DNA of 64,000 nt from Lama glama (lineage: Eukaryota), in NCBI GenBank assembly GCA_028534125.1, contig CM052817.1, forward strand, positions 16,742,001 through 16,806,000. The letters are read 5' to 3'. The notes under the pieces were generated by a model. The model worked only from the letters and a program-made list of their open reading frames with translations. It did not search any database and was not told where the DNA came from. Made by a program: the position numbers and the translations under genes. Each line of letters opens with the position of its first letter. Position 1 is the stretch's first letter. Below are positions 1-10,782 of the stretch, piece by piece.

Positions 1-131
1 CACACACCAAATCTGCCAGCACTTCGATCTTAGGCTTCCCAGCCTCTAGAACTGTGAGAAATAAATGTTTGCTTTTTAAGCCCCTCAGTCAATGGGGCTT
101 TTTGTTACAGCAGCTCGTAGGAACTAAGACA
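1..131 (+). mobile_element. MaLR (MLT1-type) LTR, 3' end
   Basis: ccagcctctagaactgtgagaaataaatgtttg...ttgttacagcagc...actaagaca is a typical MLT1 terminus. Confidence 0.8.
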
Positions 132-545
132 CCAGCCTTCTTCACCCTGCCCTGAGCTCTGGGGTGCTGAGGACCACATCATCAGATCCCCTTGCTTCCA
201 CTCAGGTCCACCCAGTAGGAGGAATGAGCAGGATATTGAAGGATGGGAGAAGAGAGAGATCAAGGTGTTTATCCCCCCAGCACTCTCCCCTCCACACCAC
301 TGGTTGGCAATGGCTGTATTCCTGCCTGTGTTCCTCCCTCTTCTTCAGCTACACCTCTCCCTCTGGGTTCCAGAACCATCCCTCATCCTTATGCCTTCCG
401 ACATGGGGAGCTACTGCTGTTGTTCACCATCCCTTATGGGTCTCCTTTAACCCTTCCCAAACCTTTGTAAATAACTTCTTCAGTAAGTTCTCCTCAGTTG
501 CCCCCCATAGAAATGTGATGTCTCTTTCCTGCCAGGACTGATGCA
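132..545 (+). mobile_element. ERVL-class LTR (LTR33-like)
   Basis: Resembles recalled LTR33 consensus (gagagatcaaggtgtttatcccc...cctttgtaaata...tttcctgccaggactgatgca). Confidence 0.55.
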
Positions 546-1499
546 CGGAGACCCTTCTTTGGCACAGCAGATGAGAGAGGAGCTACTCTGACTGTAGCTG
601 GGTAGGGCACTGTGGCCCTGCACATGGTGTACCCCACCTCATGTGCCTAACGGGACTCTGTCTCCTGCAGGAAGAAACTTCCGAGATGTTTCTTTCCAAG
701 TCATCACTTGGAGAGAGGCTGGGGTTGGGGGCACCCTTATTCAAAGTAATCAAAAATAGACTGAGCTCCTATATTCCTTTATTCATTTATTCAGCTGTCA
801 TCAATGGAACACAGTGAGGCAGATTCTGTGCTAGGTTCTGAAGTTAAGAGATAAACAGGGCGCAATGCCTGGTCTCGCGGGGCTCACACACATTCTGAAA
901 ACACACAAACCAAATACTAAAGATTCAGATTCTCATCCTTGCCTGCACTGGAGCTGAGAAAGTCCCCTGAGGCTGAAGGGAGGCGCCACCTCTAAGCAAG
1001 AACAGCAAATCGTGTGGTTAGGACCCAACTCCCTCTGAGAGAAGAGGGCAGAGGCAGAAGGATGAGACGGATGAAGATTTTTCCCCAAGATGCTGTCAGG
1101 AATTTGGGTATGGACTCCCCAGGGTTCTTGACTGAGGTGGATGGTTGCTTTAGAAACCTACAGGTCCCTAGAGGGGGTGGCAGAGGTGACTGTGAATAGA
1201 ACGAGGGGCTGCGGAGTCCCGGGGCTGTGCTGAGGACCAGAGAACCAGGCTCTGGCTGGGGGCACATGGCTGACAGCCCCGTGTGCACGTCAGGGCAGTT
1301 CCTGTGCTGAGATTGCTCCTCATCTGCAGAAGTGAGGAGGGAGAGCATTCATCCTGCTGGGAAGAGGCAGGAATGGCCCTCACCTTCCTCAGCCACACAG
1401 AGGAATCTGCAGGAGCTCTTACCTCCATCAGAGCTGACTGTGCAAAGTCTGTGCCCACGAAGCCCAGCTGCGGGGCTCCCAAACCAGTCTGCCTCTTGC

Positions 1500-1950
1500 T
1501 AACAAGCCATTTATTCTCTTCAGTCTCTGCACCCAGAAAGGTGGATTCTACCCCTACCTCAGAGGAGGGTTGTGAAGAAGTAATTAATATATGCAAAGCA
1601 CTTAGAACAGTGCCCACACTGTTAGTGCTATACAAACGTTAATTATTATTACTCAGTGCCACCTGACTGTTCTCACTTACCAATGGCCAAGTCGTAAAAA
1701 TACTTTAAGATGGTCCCCAAGTCAAGTGGACTTGGAGGTGGGAATTTGGCCAATGAGTATGAACACAAGTTTGGAAAGGAAAGTGGAGATTCCCAGAATA
1801 AGACGAAAATTGGAATCTTGGCTCTGTGGTGAGCCAGCTCCATGATTTCGGCAAGAGCTTACCCTCCCAGATCTTTACTGTTCTCATCTATGAAATGGGC
1901 ATACTGATAGTGTTTCCCTCTGAGGATTGTGGTGGGGCTTAATGCAAATC
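1500..1950 (+). mobile_element. Two MIR fragments
   Basis: MIR core motifs (cctacctcagagg..ttgtgaag, aaagcacttagaacagtgcc; ctcatctatgaaatggg). Confidence 0.65.
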
Positions 1951-3522
1951 GTGCCTTTATTTTCCATCTGCTTAATCATTCATTTATTCAATAAATAGTT
2001 GTTTTTTTTTTTTTACCACCAAGCTAGATGTGTTTATTAAGGTAACAAACTTGTTTCTCAATTTGGGGATGGGCCCGAGGCACATGTAACAGTCTTGCAG
2101 GGCCTGCGATGAGCAGGACCAAGCCACAGTTGCCATAAGGAGTTGACACAATTCTCACTTTGGGGTTAGATGCTCCCCACGTTTCTCAGGGACTCAGATT
2201 CCCTCAAGACCACAGAACTCAGCAGCATGCGTGTTCCCTCAGAGACCCCTTCTGGAGAAAAAGCAGCTGTTTCCATGCTGGGGAGGGGGACAGGGGCCAT
2301 GGGTGGGGATAGGCAGGAAGTTGCTGCTCGCAGTGGATGATTTCCCCATGTGTGGGTACCGCTTGTGCCTGAGCGGTTACTAGGGCGGTTACCAGGCAGC
2401 AAGTGGCAGATGAGATGCCCGCCTCCTCATTTACATGTGCCCTGTGCTCCAGATCTGCCTGTGCCCAAGGAGGTCTCGGGGCAAGCTGCCCTGAATGTTT
2501 CCATGCAGAATGCTGCGTCCCCGCTCATTTGGGGAAGCTTTTAAACTTCAGGGTGGACAGCGTGGCCCTTGGGAATGTGCTTTCATGCATTAGGAGTTGA
2601 TGTTAAACAGCAAATATGCCGCAGTCAGTCACAGAGGGAAGTAATAATACAATTTCAAAAGAGCAGAGCCCCAAAGAAAGGGTATTATTAATGGAAAAAA
2701 ACATTTTTCAAGTCATATTAAAAAGCCTCAAGTTTGATGGAAAAAGCCAGGAAATGGGAACAAAATTAGCATTATTATAGCTTTTCACAGTAACTTACTC
2801 TGGGTTTTTACGGTGGCTTAAAAAGGGAAAAAAGAAGGGAAAATCTAGCTGATAACAATTTATACGACCAAATACATTTCCCATCCCAAGTGCACCTGAG
2901 ATGGTGACTGTATTTAAAATGTTTCCTTTTGCTATTGCTTTGTGGTTGTTTATACCTCACAGTGTTATTAGAGAAAGCAACATTTTGTGGGGAACAGTAA
3001 ATAGTAAAGCTCTTTGAGGCCTCTCAGGAAGAGGTGCCATTTAAGGGCCAAGAATTATGATCATTAATTTGCATCTTAATAATCTAAGTCTTCACAAAAG
3101 CCCACACTGCAGATGTATTCTCCAAAGCTCTGCCGAGGGTCAGCCCTGGAAATAAACGTGGCTCCTTGGATCCTAGAGGACGAAGAGTTCCCGAGAAAGT
3201 CAAGTCTCTTCCTTTCTCCCTTTGCGATCCTCTTCTAGTGGGTCCCACCTTCCTCTGCTTCAGTCCCTGACCTCAGCTGGACTGCCTGGCTCTCAATGCT
3301 CCGAACACAGGAGCACAGATTCCCGGTGTCCCAAACAATTACCTTTCATTTAGCTTTGGGGCGCTCACAACTCACTCTCCTGATATGGGACAAAATGTGC
3401 ACATCCATGTGTAATGTGTACCAATGGACACACCTTGAACATTAGCTTTATTCGTACATATCACTATGCATATCTGTAATTAACTGTTTGGGGTCACCTG
3501 AGTTCGGAAACAGCTTAAGTTT

Positions 3523-3605
3523 TTTTGGTGGAGGTGCTGGGGATTGAACCCATGGCCTCAAGCATGCTAGACATGCACTGTCCTACTGAGCTATACCCTC
3601 TCCCC
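3523..3605 (-). mobile_element. tRNA-Ala-derived SINE (Vic-1-like)
   Basis: Reverse complement shows ggtatagctcagt (A box), ggttcaatcccc (B box) and an A tail; imperfect TSD gaaacagcttaagttt / gaaatagctgaagttt. Confidence 0.85.
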
Positions 3606-3639
3606 AGAAATAGCTGAAGTTTACATGACTTTTTAAAAT

Positions 3640-4410
3640 ATTTCTTTATTGTGGTAAAAATGCATAACATAAAATTTACCATCAGAAGCATTTTTAAGTG
3701 AACGGTAGTGTGTTAAATGTATCCACATTGCTGTGAAACAGATCTACAGAACTTTTTGATGAGGGATTTTTAAAAATTAAGACAATTTTCTAGGTTATTT
3801 ATTTATTTATTTACTTACTTACTTACATATTTTTATTGAAGTACAGTCAATTACAGTGTGTCTGTCTCTGGCGTACAGCACAATATCCCAGTCATATATA
3901 CATACATATATTCGTTTTCATATTAAGACAATTTTCTAGAGTAGCTTTAGGTTGGCAATAAAATTCAGGGGAAGATATAGGCATTTCCATATATCCCCAG
4001 CCTCACACATATTTGGCCTCCCTCGTTGTCAAAATCCCTCACCAAAGTAGTACATTTTTTACAGTTGATGAACCTATACTGACACGTCATGATCCCCCAG
4101 GATCCATAGTTTCCATCACTGTTCACTCTTGGTGGTGTACATTCTATGGGTTTGGACAAATAAATGATGATGTGTCAATTAATATGCTATCATACAGAGC
4201 ATGTTCACTAACTCCCAAATCCTCTTATTTGCTTATTCACCCCTCCTCCACCTCCCCAGAATTTTTTCATCTTTTAAGCTGAAACTCTGTACCCATTAAA
4301 CAATAATTCCTCATCTCTTCTACCCTCAAGCCTCCGGGAACCACCATTCTACTTTATTTCTATGACCCTGACTATGTAAGTGGAATCATAGAGTATTTGT
4401 CTTCTGGTAA
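3640..4410 (-). mobile_element. Nested L1 3'-end fragments (L1MB-like host, L1MC-like insert, short younger L1 tail at 3794-3921)
   Basis: L1 3'UTR motifs; perfect 18-nt TSD attaagacaattttctag at 3776-3793 and 3922-3939. Confidence 0.8.
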
Positions 4411-5619
4411 ATAACTTTTGAGAAGAGGGTTGGAGCTGAGGATTTCTGTTAGGAGATGGTCACGATGTTCCTGGAGACAAAGCTGATACTTCTACAGCTC
4501 CGTGAGCTCCAGCTGACCCCCCAGTCAAGTATTCATCCCCCCGTGACAGAACCTGCTCCCCTTCCGTTGTCACCCACTGTCTATTTGGTCTGGAGAGGAC
4601 AGGCAAGTAGGGGCCGACTGGGAAAGGAGTGAAGACCACCTCTGTCGCGTCTGGTGGGGGCTCCGTCGGCGCTGAGGCTGACTGGCATCCCGGGCTCCAA
4701 CCTCCTCTCCACTGCCTAGATCCCTAAGGAGCTGTTCCAGGCTGTCGTCAGCCCTCGAAGGCTCCGTGCGGGCCAAGAGAACTCCTTCTAGGCATGAGAG
4801 GCAGTAAGACCAGCGTCCCCTGGTGGAAAGAAAAGGGGGAGAGTGTCTTTCCTAAGCTGCATTTGAAGGAGGCTTTTTGAATAGAGATACTGTTCTAGGG
4901 ACGTTGGTTAAATGGCACCTGCCCCTACTCAAAATAGAGGAAAACAACCTTTGCTTTAATCTTCACTCAAGAAGGTGGCAGGAAACTCAATGTATGTATT
5001 AGACTCTGGAGGTGGTTCCAAAAAAATTGGGAACAGTCGTTAGAATATTAAGAGGCAAAAATACAAACCTCAAGGTTTTCCTGTGTCTTCTGCCCAATTA
5101 ATTAGATCTGTGCTGAGTCATTTCTCCCTGTGCTGAGGTAGAAGCCAAAGTGGTTCTTGTGAGATGACGGAAAACCTAGTTAACCCGAGCTGACCCCATA
5201 ACAAGGATTTTTCTGAACTTGTCCCCAGCCTGACGATCCCAAGGCACCCTCTTGGTGACCCTCTATTAACATATGTAAAGACTTTCAAAGTGACTTCTAA
5301 AGCTGTCCTGTTTGTTTGGAGGCTGCTGACAGCCTTCTGGCTCCATCATCCAGCTGAAATTGTAAATTTGCTGCATTGCCATCCTGGGAGGACTGAACCA
5401 GATCTAGGCAACCTCAGGCTGCTCATGAACATCACTCTAGTGATCCGTTACCTGAGTTCTCCCCAGCACACACCCCACGCTCACACATTCCCCCAGCTGC
5501 TCCAGACCCTCACCATCTCCTTCCAGCTCACAGAACGTGGTGTTGGAGGGGCAGCCAACAGGGGTACTGTATCATATGGAAAATCGAGTGAGGGAGAAGA
5601 CTGAGGTCAGCCACCTCTC

Positions 5620-8050
5620 TAGAAAGTCATGATCCTTTGCCAGATTCCGGATCCAAGCCACTTCTCAGACCCAGAACCTACTGACTGAAAGTGAAGTCAA
5701 ATCCTGCAGCAGCTGAGCAGGCGTCAGTCCCTCCTCAAGGGTCTACGTCCATTAATTCAGGTAACCTGGGGAAGGGGGATCCCAGAGATTTCAAAGGCTT
5801 TTAGTTACAGTGTCTAACTTGACATCAAAACCCAGAGGCACAAAGCAGCACTGTTGGTGTAGATATATGGGGTCAGGTGATAAATGAAGTCCTGGGGCAA
5901 GTCTGTTTCCCAGTGAGCCACTGGGTCCGTGAAACTACCCGCTGGGAATTTCTCTGGTTTCCAAATGTGAATAGACATACTTAGCAACTGACAGAGATCT
6001 CACATTAGTTTCTTGTCTGTAAAGCAAACACCAAGTGGAAGCTCCTAAAATTTCAGATTCCGCTACCCCTGCCAAGACATGATAGTAAAAGAAATACGCA
6101 TTTTGTATGGATTTTTACAAATACAAATCTATCCATCTCTCTATCTATCTGGTCCTGAGGGAGGAGTATGGAAAGATTAGTACCATCTTCAAAGGATGCA
6201 GAGGTGCCAGTCCCCATCACGTTCCCGTTTAATTTACCAGTCTGGCCCCTGTGAAAATCATAGAGTGTGGTGAAGGGAAAAGGACTACCACAAACTCAGT
6301 CGAGTAATAGCCCTGATTTCAGCTAATGTGCCATAGATGGTATATTTACTAGAGCAAATTAACACAATTTTGGGAACCTGGTATGTGGCTATAAATATGG
6401 TGAATGTGGTTTTTTCCCACACTCATCAAGGAGGTTGGCCAGAAGCAGTTTGCTTTTGCGTGAGGTGGACAATAGCACAGAGTCACAGTTTTGCTCTGGG
6501 TCTATACACAAGGTTTGCCCCAGAGCTACCCTGATTTCCATCCTAATGTCGTTTGAAGGGACCTAGGCTATGTGGACATCCTGGAGAACCATGCATTGGT
6601 CCATCATACCAGTGATACCATATGAATTGGACCCAGTGAGTGAGAAGCACTGTGGATTCCTGAGTAGGACACTGCGGGGAACAGGAGGTAAACCCTGCAG
6701 AATCAGAGGCTTGCCACATTGCTGAACTTTACAGATGTTCAGTGGTCTGAGGCAGGCTGGGATACTCCATCCAAAGTCAAGTCTACCTTGGCCCTCCTAT
6801 CACTGAGCAGGAAGCGCAGACCTGATGGGCCTCTGAGTCCTGGAGGCAGCACCCGTTTCACCTGAGAAAACTGATACGATCTGATTCATCAGGTGGCCTG
6901 GAAAGTTTCTAGCTCTGAGCACATGAAAAGGCTCTGTAGTAGAACTAGGCTGTCATGTGAGCATCCTTGTTTGTGGTACATAACCAAGAAACCCCACAGT
7001 ACTAGAAGTATCTGTGCAAGAGAAAGACGAGGCTTGGAAGTTCTGGTCCCAATGCAGAAGGTCTGGAACAAGGCCATGAAGTCTACAGAAGAGAACTATA
7101 CATCACTCACAACACAGCTCCCGGCACATAGCTGGGCTCTGATAGAAACTGGATATCTGACCACGGGACATCAGGTGACCGTGCAGCAGGCACTGCCCTA
7201 AGCCAGGAGCTGTCAAACCAACTAAGCAATACAAGGTAGACCAGGTGGCAATACATTGTAACAAGAAATGGTACCTCTGGGTTCAGACGCAAGCAGGCAG
7301 AAGGTATTTACAAGGAAGCTTCCCAAACAAGTAGCCCAGATTCTCATGTCACCTGTCAGTGTTTCTCACACCTCAGATCCCATGAGGGAGTCCCTACAAC
7401 TCTCTGAAGGAGGAGGAACTAGCCTCAGCTCAGTCCACTGATTCACTGACTTGACATACAGCTGTGGGCCTAAAGTGGACCATCACCACAGAACTGCCCC
7501 ACTCCTCAGTGGCCCTGGAAGACAGCGGTGAGAGACATCTTCTCTTGGGGCACCTCATCTGGGCAACCCCTTTGTACGGAGCAATAAGAGATTGAGTCAA
7601 GGGAATACATGTACTGTGGGCAATGGTGAGTGACTTGGCTACCGCAGCCGAATTCCTCTCCCTGTCTGTTTATGTAAATAAAGTTTTATTGGAACACAGC
7701 CACACCTATTCATTTCCGTGTTGTTTGTGGTTGCATTCTCACTATGATGGGAGAGTTGAGTCCTTGTCATATTGCAAGGGCTGAAATGTTTACTCTCTGG
7801 CCCTTTACAGAGAGTGTTGGCTGATTCTTGACTTCTGTGGTTGAGAAGAGGAAGGAGCAAGACTGTGAGACAGGGGACAGAAAGGTCTGGAAGAGGCATG
7901 TAGGTGGACCCATGATGGTGGACAGAAAGTGCAGTAACTTTGAATAGTACATTCAAGTTCACCAAAGAGCGTCCACTGCAGAAGAGACATAAAACAGCCA
8001 AGTGAACCCATGACTCAGCCTGTAGATATCAGCCGAAGTCTGTCCTTGCT
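5620..8050 (+). mobile_element. Decayed ERVL-class internal region (protease, RT and RNase H remnants)
   Basis: ORF 6337..6534 VYLLEQINTILGTWYVAINMVNVVFS resembles ERVL RT (LLEQINTSPGTWYAAIDLANAFFS). Upstream are WGKG and KDA.V..PI..PFN.P.WP remnants, downstream an RNase H-like LEDSGE; many stops and frameshifts. Confidence 0.85.
7640..7831. mobile_element. MER58-like hAT DNA transposon inserted in the ERVL relic
   Basis: gtaaataaagttttattggaacacagccacac...aatgtttactctctggccctttacaga. Confidence 0.8.
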
Positions 8051-8079
8051 CAGACGTCTAGTACATTGTGATACCTGGA

Positions 8080-8740
8080 ACAACCACCAAAAAAAATCTG
8101 TGGAAAGATTTAAGTCAAGGCTGAAGATTCAAGTACATTCTCTGACGACAGTGGCAATAAACTTGAAATCCGTAACCGAAGTATTTCTGGAAAATTCCCA
8201 GATGTTTTAAATGAAACTGCACATGTCCAAATAACATGGATCAAAGAAGAAAGTAACAGTTAAATTAGGAAGTATTTTGAACGAAAGGAAACTGAAAACA
8301 CAACCTGTTGGAATTTGTGGGGCTTCACTAAAGCAGCCCTTAGGGAGAAATTTATGTTAGACAAGAAGAAAGGTCTCAGATCAATGATCTCAGCCTCCAC
8401 CTTAATAAACTAAAAACCAAGAACCAATTAAACTCAGAGTAATCCAGGACCTCCCCTCACAAGCAGTACACTCTGTGTGATTCCATTTACCTCAAACTCT
8501 AGAATATGCAAACTAATCTAAAGTGACTAATAGAAAGAAAGCAGATGAGGAGTTACCTGAGGATGGGGGAAAAGGAGTAAGAACGGAGATTCCAAAAGTC
8601 AAGGAGACTTTTGGGTCACAGATATATTCATGATCTTGATTGCGGTGATGGTTTCTGAGGTGCCTACACATGTCCAAATTTATCAGACTGTACACTTTAA
8701 AAACAAGCAGTTTACTGTATATTAATTATGCCTCAATAGA
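8080..8740 (+). mobile_element. Old L1: ORF2 N-terminal fragment adjoining an L1MC/ME-type 3' end
   Basis: Translates to WIKEE...IRKYFE..ETENTTCWNLW..TKAALREKF; followed by a 3'UTR signature (gatcttgattgcggtgatggttt...tgtacactttaaa...ttatgcctcaata). Confidence 0.8.
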
Positions 8741-8759
8741 CCCATTAAAATTAGCAAGG

Positions 8760-9065
8760 AAAAGAAGCTCTCTTTTGGTTCAACTTGGAGCAGAGTAGGT
8801 GAGCCTGAGGCAACTGGCAGCCATCTTAACATGGTGAGGAGAAAATCTGCTTGAGAGTGAAGCCAACCCACAGGAAAATAGAACTTGAAAGAAGGCCAGA
8901 AGAAGACCAGAGGCTGGTGATCTACTGAGCCTCTGGATCCAGCTGTGCCTGAAACTGCCCCTGACATTTTTGTTTATTGAGACCTCATATCTCTGTGTGT
9001 GTGTGTGTGTGTTTGTGCATGAGATTAACTTAGCCTGAGTTGAGTTTTCTCTGTTGCAACTGAGG
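8760..9065 (+). mobile_element. MaLR LTR (MLT1J/K-like) containing a (TG)n tract at 8994-9012
   Basis: ggcagccatctt...gaagccaac...tgagcctctggatccagctgtgcctgaa...tgagttgagttttct. Confidence 0.7.
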
Positions 9066-10229
9066 AATTCCATACAACACTGCCCACAGTCGACTGAGAG
9101 GCCCCTCTTAATCGGCACCTATCTCAGGGAGGGATTCGTTTGGGGGATATGGAGTGACCAGTTCTGCATGTCTTCAGGCGGGAAGGCTGTGCCCTGCTCC
9201 TCCGTGGTCCCTGAGCACGGAGGCCTGAGTGTGAGGCTTCAGTGCTTGCGCATTGGGCTGTTGGGCGGAGGGTCACGGTCAGTTGCGCATCTGCTTTGAA
9301 GGAGTATTTTTAGTGGCAAATGGAGGGGTTTGCAAATAAACAAATGCCTGGAACAAATCCTGAAAAGGAAAGTGTCTGCGTGCGGCTCATTGTCAAACTA
9401 GGTCAGCCTCAGGCACAACTGCTTTTGACAGCCTGTTCCCCAAGGTGACCCGCAGGTGCCCGCTCCTTTCCCCTCCCAAGCAGCCATCTGTGGCTTGAGA
9501 TGCTCAGGCCTGGGTGAAACCTGGATGCCATCAGCTCCGTGCCCCCTACTTCCAAGAGGGTTTAACCCCGCCTCGCCCTAGAACCCAGAGGCCTGGTAAT
9601 CCCTTGAGTTCCACCACAGGACCCCTCACTGCTTTGTCTGTTAGCAGTTCCAGGAGCTGTGGTCTTTTCCAGTGGCAAGTGCGCTGGTCTAGAAGGCATG
9701 GTGACCACTGTGGAGGCAGGCAGACTTGACCTTGACTCGCAGCTCCTCTGTGGCACCCAGAAATAACTGGAATTTTGTGTCTTCCCAGCTATCTTATCCT
9801 GAGGATTTAATGGTATAATGCCTCAGCTCTTAGGAAGTGCTCCAGCAACTGGACTTTCCTCTTTCCTCGTCACTAGATTCTGAGCTCCTTAAGTATACGT
9901 GTGGTGAGGGCGGGTGGGGCGAGCACGTCCTGGTCCCCTCTACACCCCGCACCAATGCCTGCACACAGTAGGTGCTCAGTAAACGTCTGTTGAACCAGCG
10001 TAGGACTGAGTCACATCTTCCCATTGTCACTGTCCAACCTCAGCTGGGGCCACTCTGTGGGGCTCTGAGCCTCCCTGATTCTGAGGGTCTCCATTTCAGC
10101 TGATCCACTTGGAGTTGGCAGGAAGCTTCTCTGAGGCTTTGGGATCTCCATTTGTGTTGGCCTCACTGAGGCCTAGGTGAGGTCAGGACTGGGGCCTCAA
10201 ACAGACAACACGAACCTCAGTGTGCAGGG

Positions 10230-10782
10230 CCCATGGATGTGACCCTGATCACACCAGTCCCCAGCATAGAACCTTCTAGTAGTTTTCCTTGCCTTTTAGA
10301 AAAAGCTCAAACTCCTCATGCCATCACGAGAGCCCTCATGAACTGGCCTCACCCTGCAGACACTGTCGTCCGGGCACTCGGGCAGCACCGCCCTCCTCAC
10401 TGTTCCTCAAACACACAGAGTTTTTTCTGCCTCCACCATTTCCTCAGTCTGGACTATTCCAGCCCTGGCTTTGGGTGAGGCTGGCTCCTTCTCTCATTCA
10501 GGGCTCAACTCGATGGCTGCCTCCTCGGAGAGGCCTCCCTGGTCCTCCCTGGTCCTCCCTACCCAAGGGGGACACTCCCTCCCTCTACCTCACCAAACTG
10601 ATCAACCTCGGAGATCATCTTGTTCCCTTGTGTGTGTTTCTCGTCTGTCTCTCTCTCTCTCCTAAACACGAAACATTTGTCTATTTTGTTTGAATCTTAT
10701 GCCTGGTGCTGAGAATGGTGCTGGCGTATAATCAAGCTTCATCCAGGGCTGCTGAATGAATGACTGAATAAATGAATGAATG
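10230..10782. mobile_element. L2 3' fragment ending in (TGAA)n
   Basis: L2 3'-end motifs and a gaatgaatga tail. Confidence 0.65.

Noticed and set aside
6337..7201. ORFs with RT-like text as a domesticated retroviral gene
   Set aside because: Short, fragmented, with decayed catalytic motifs and many stops and frameshifts.
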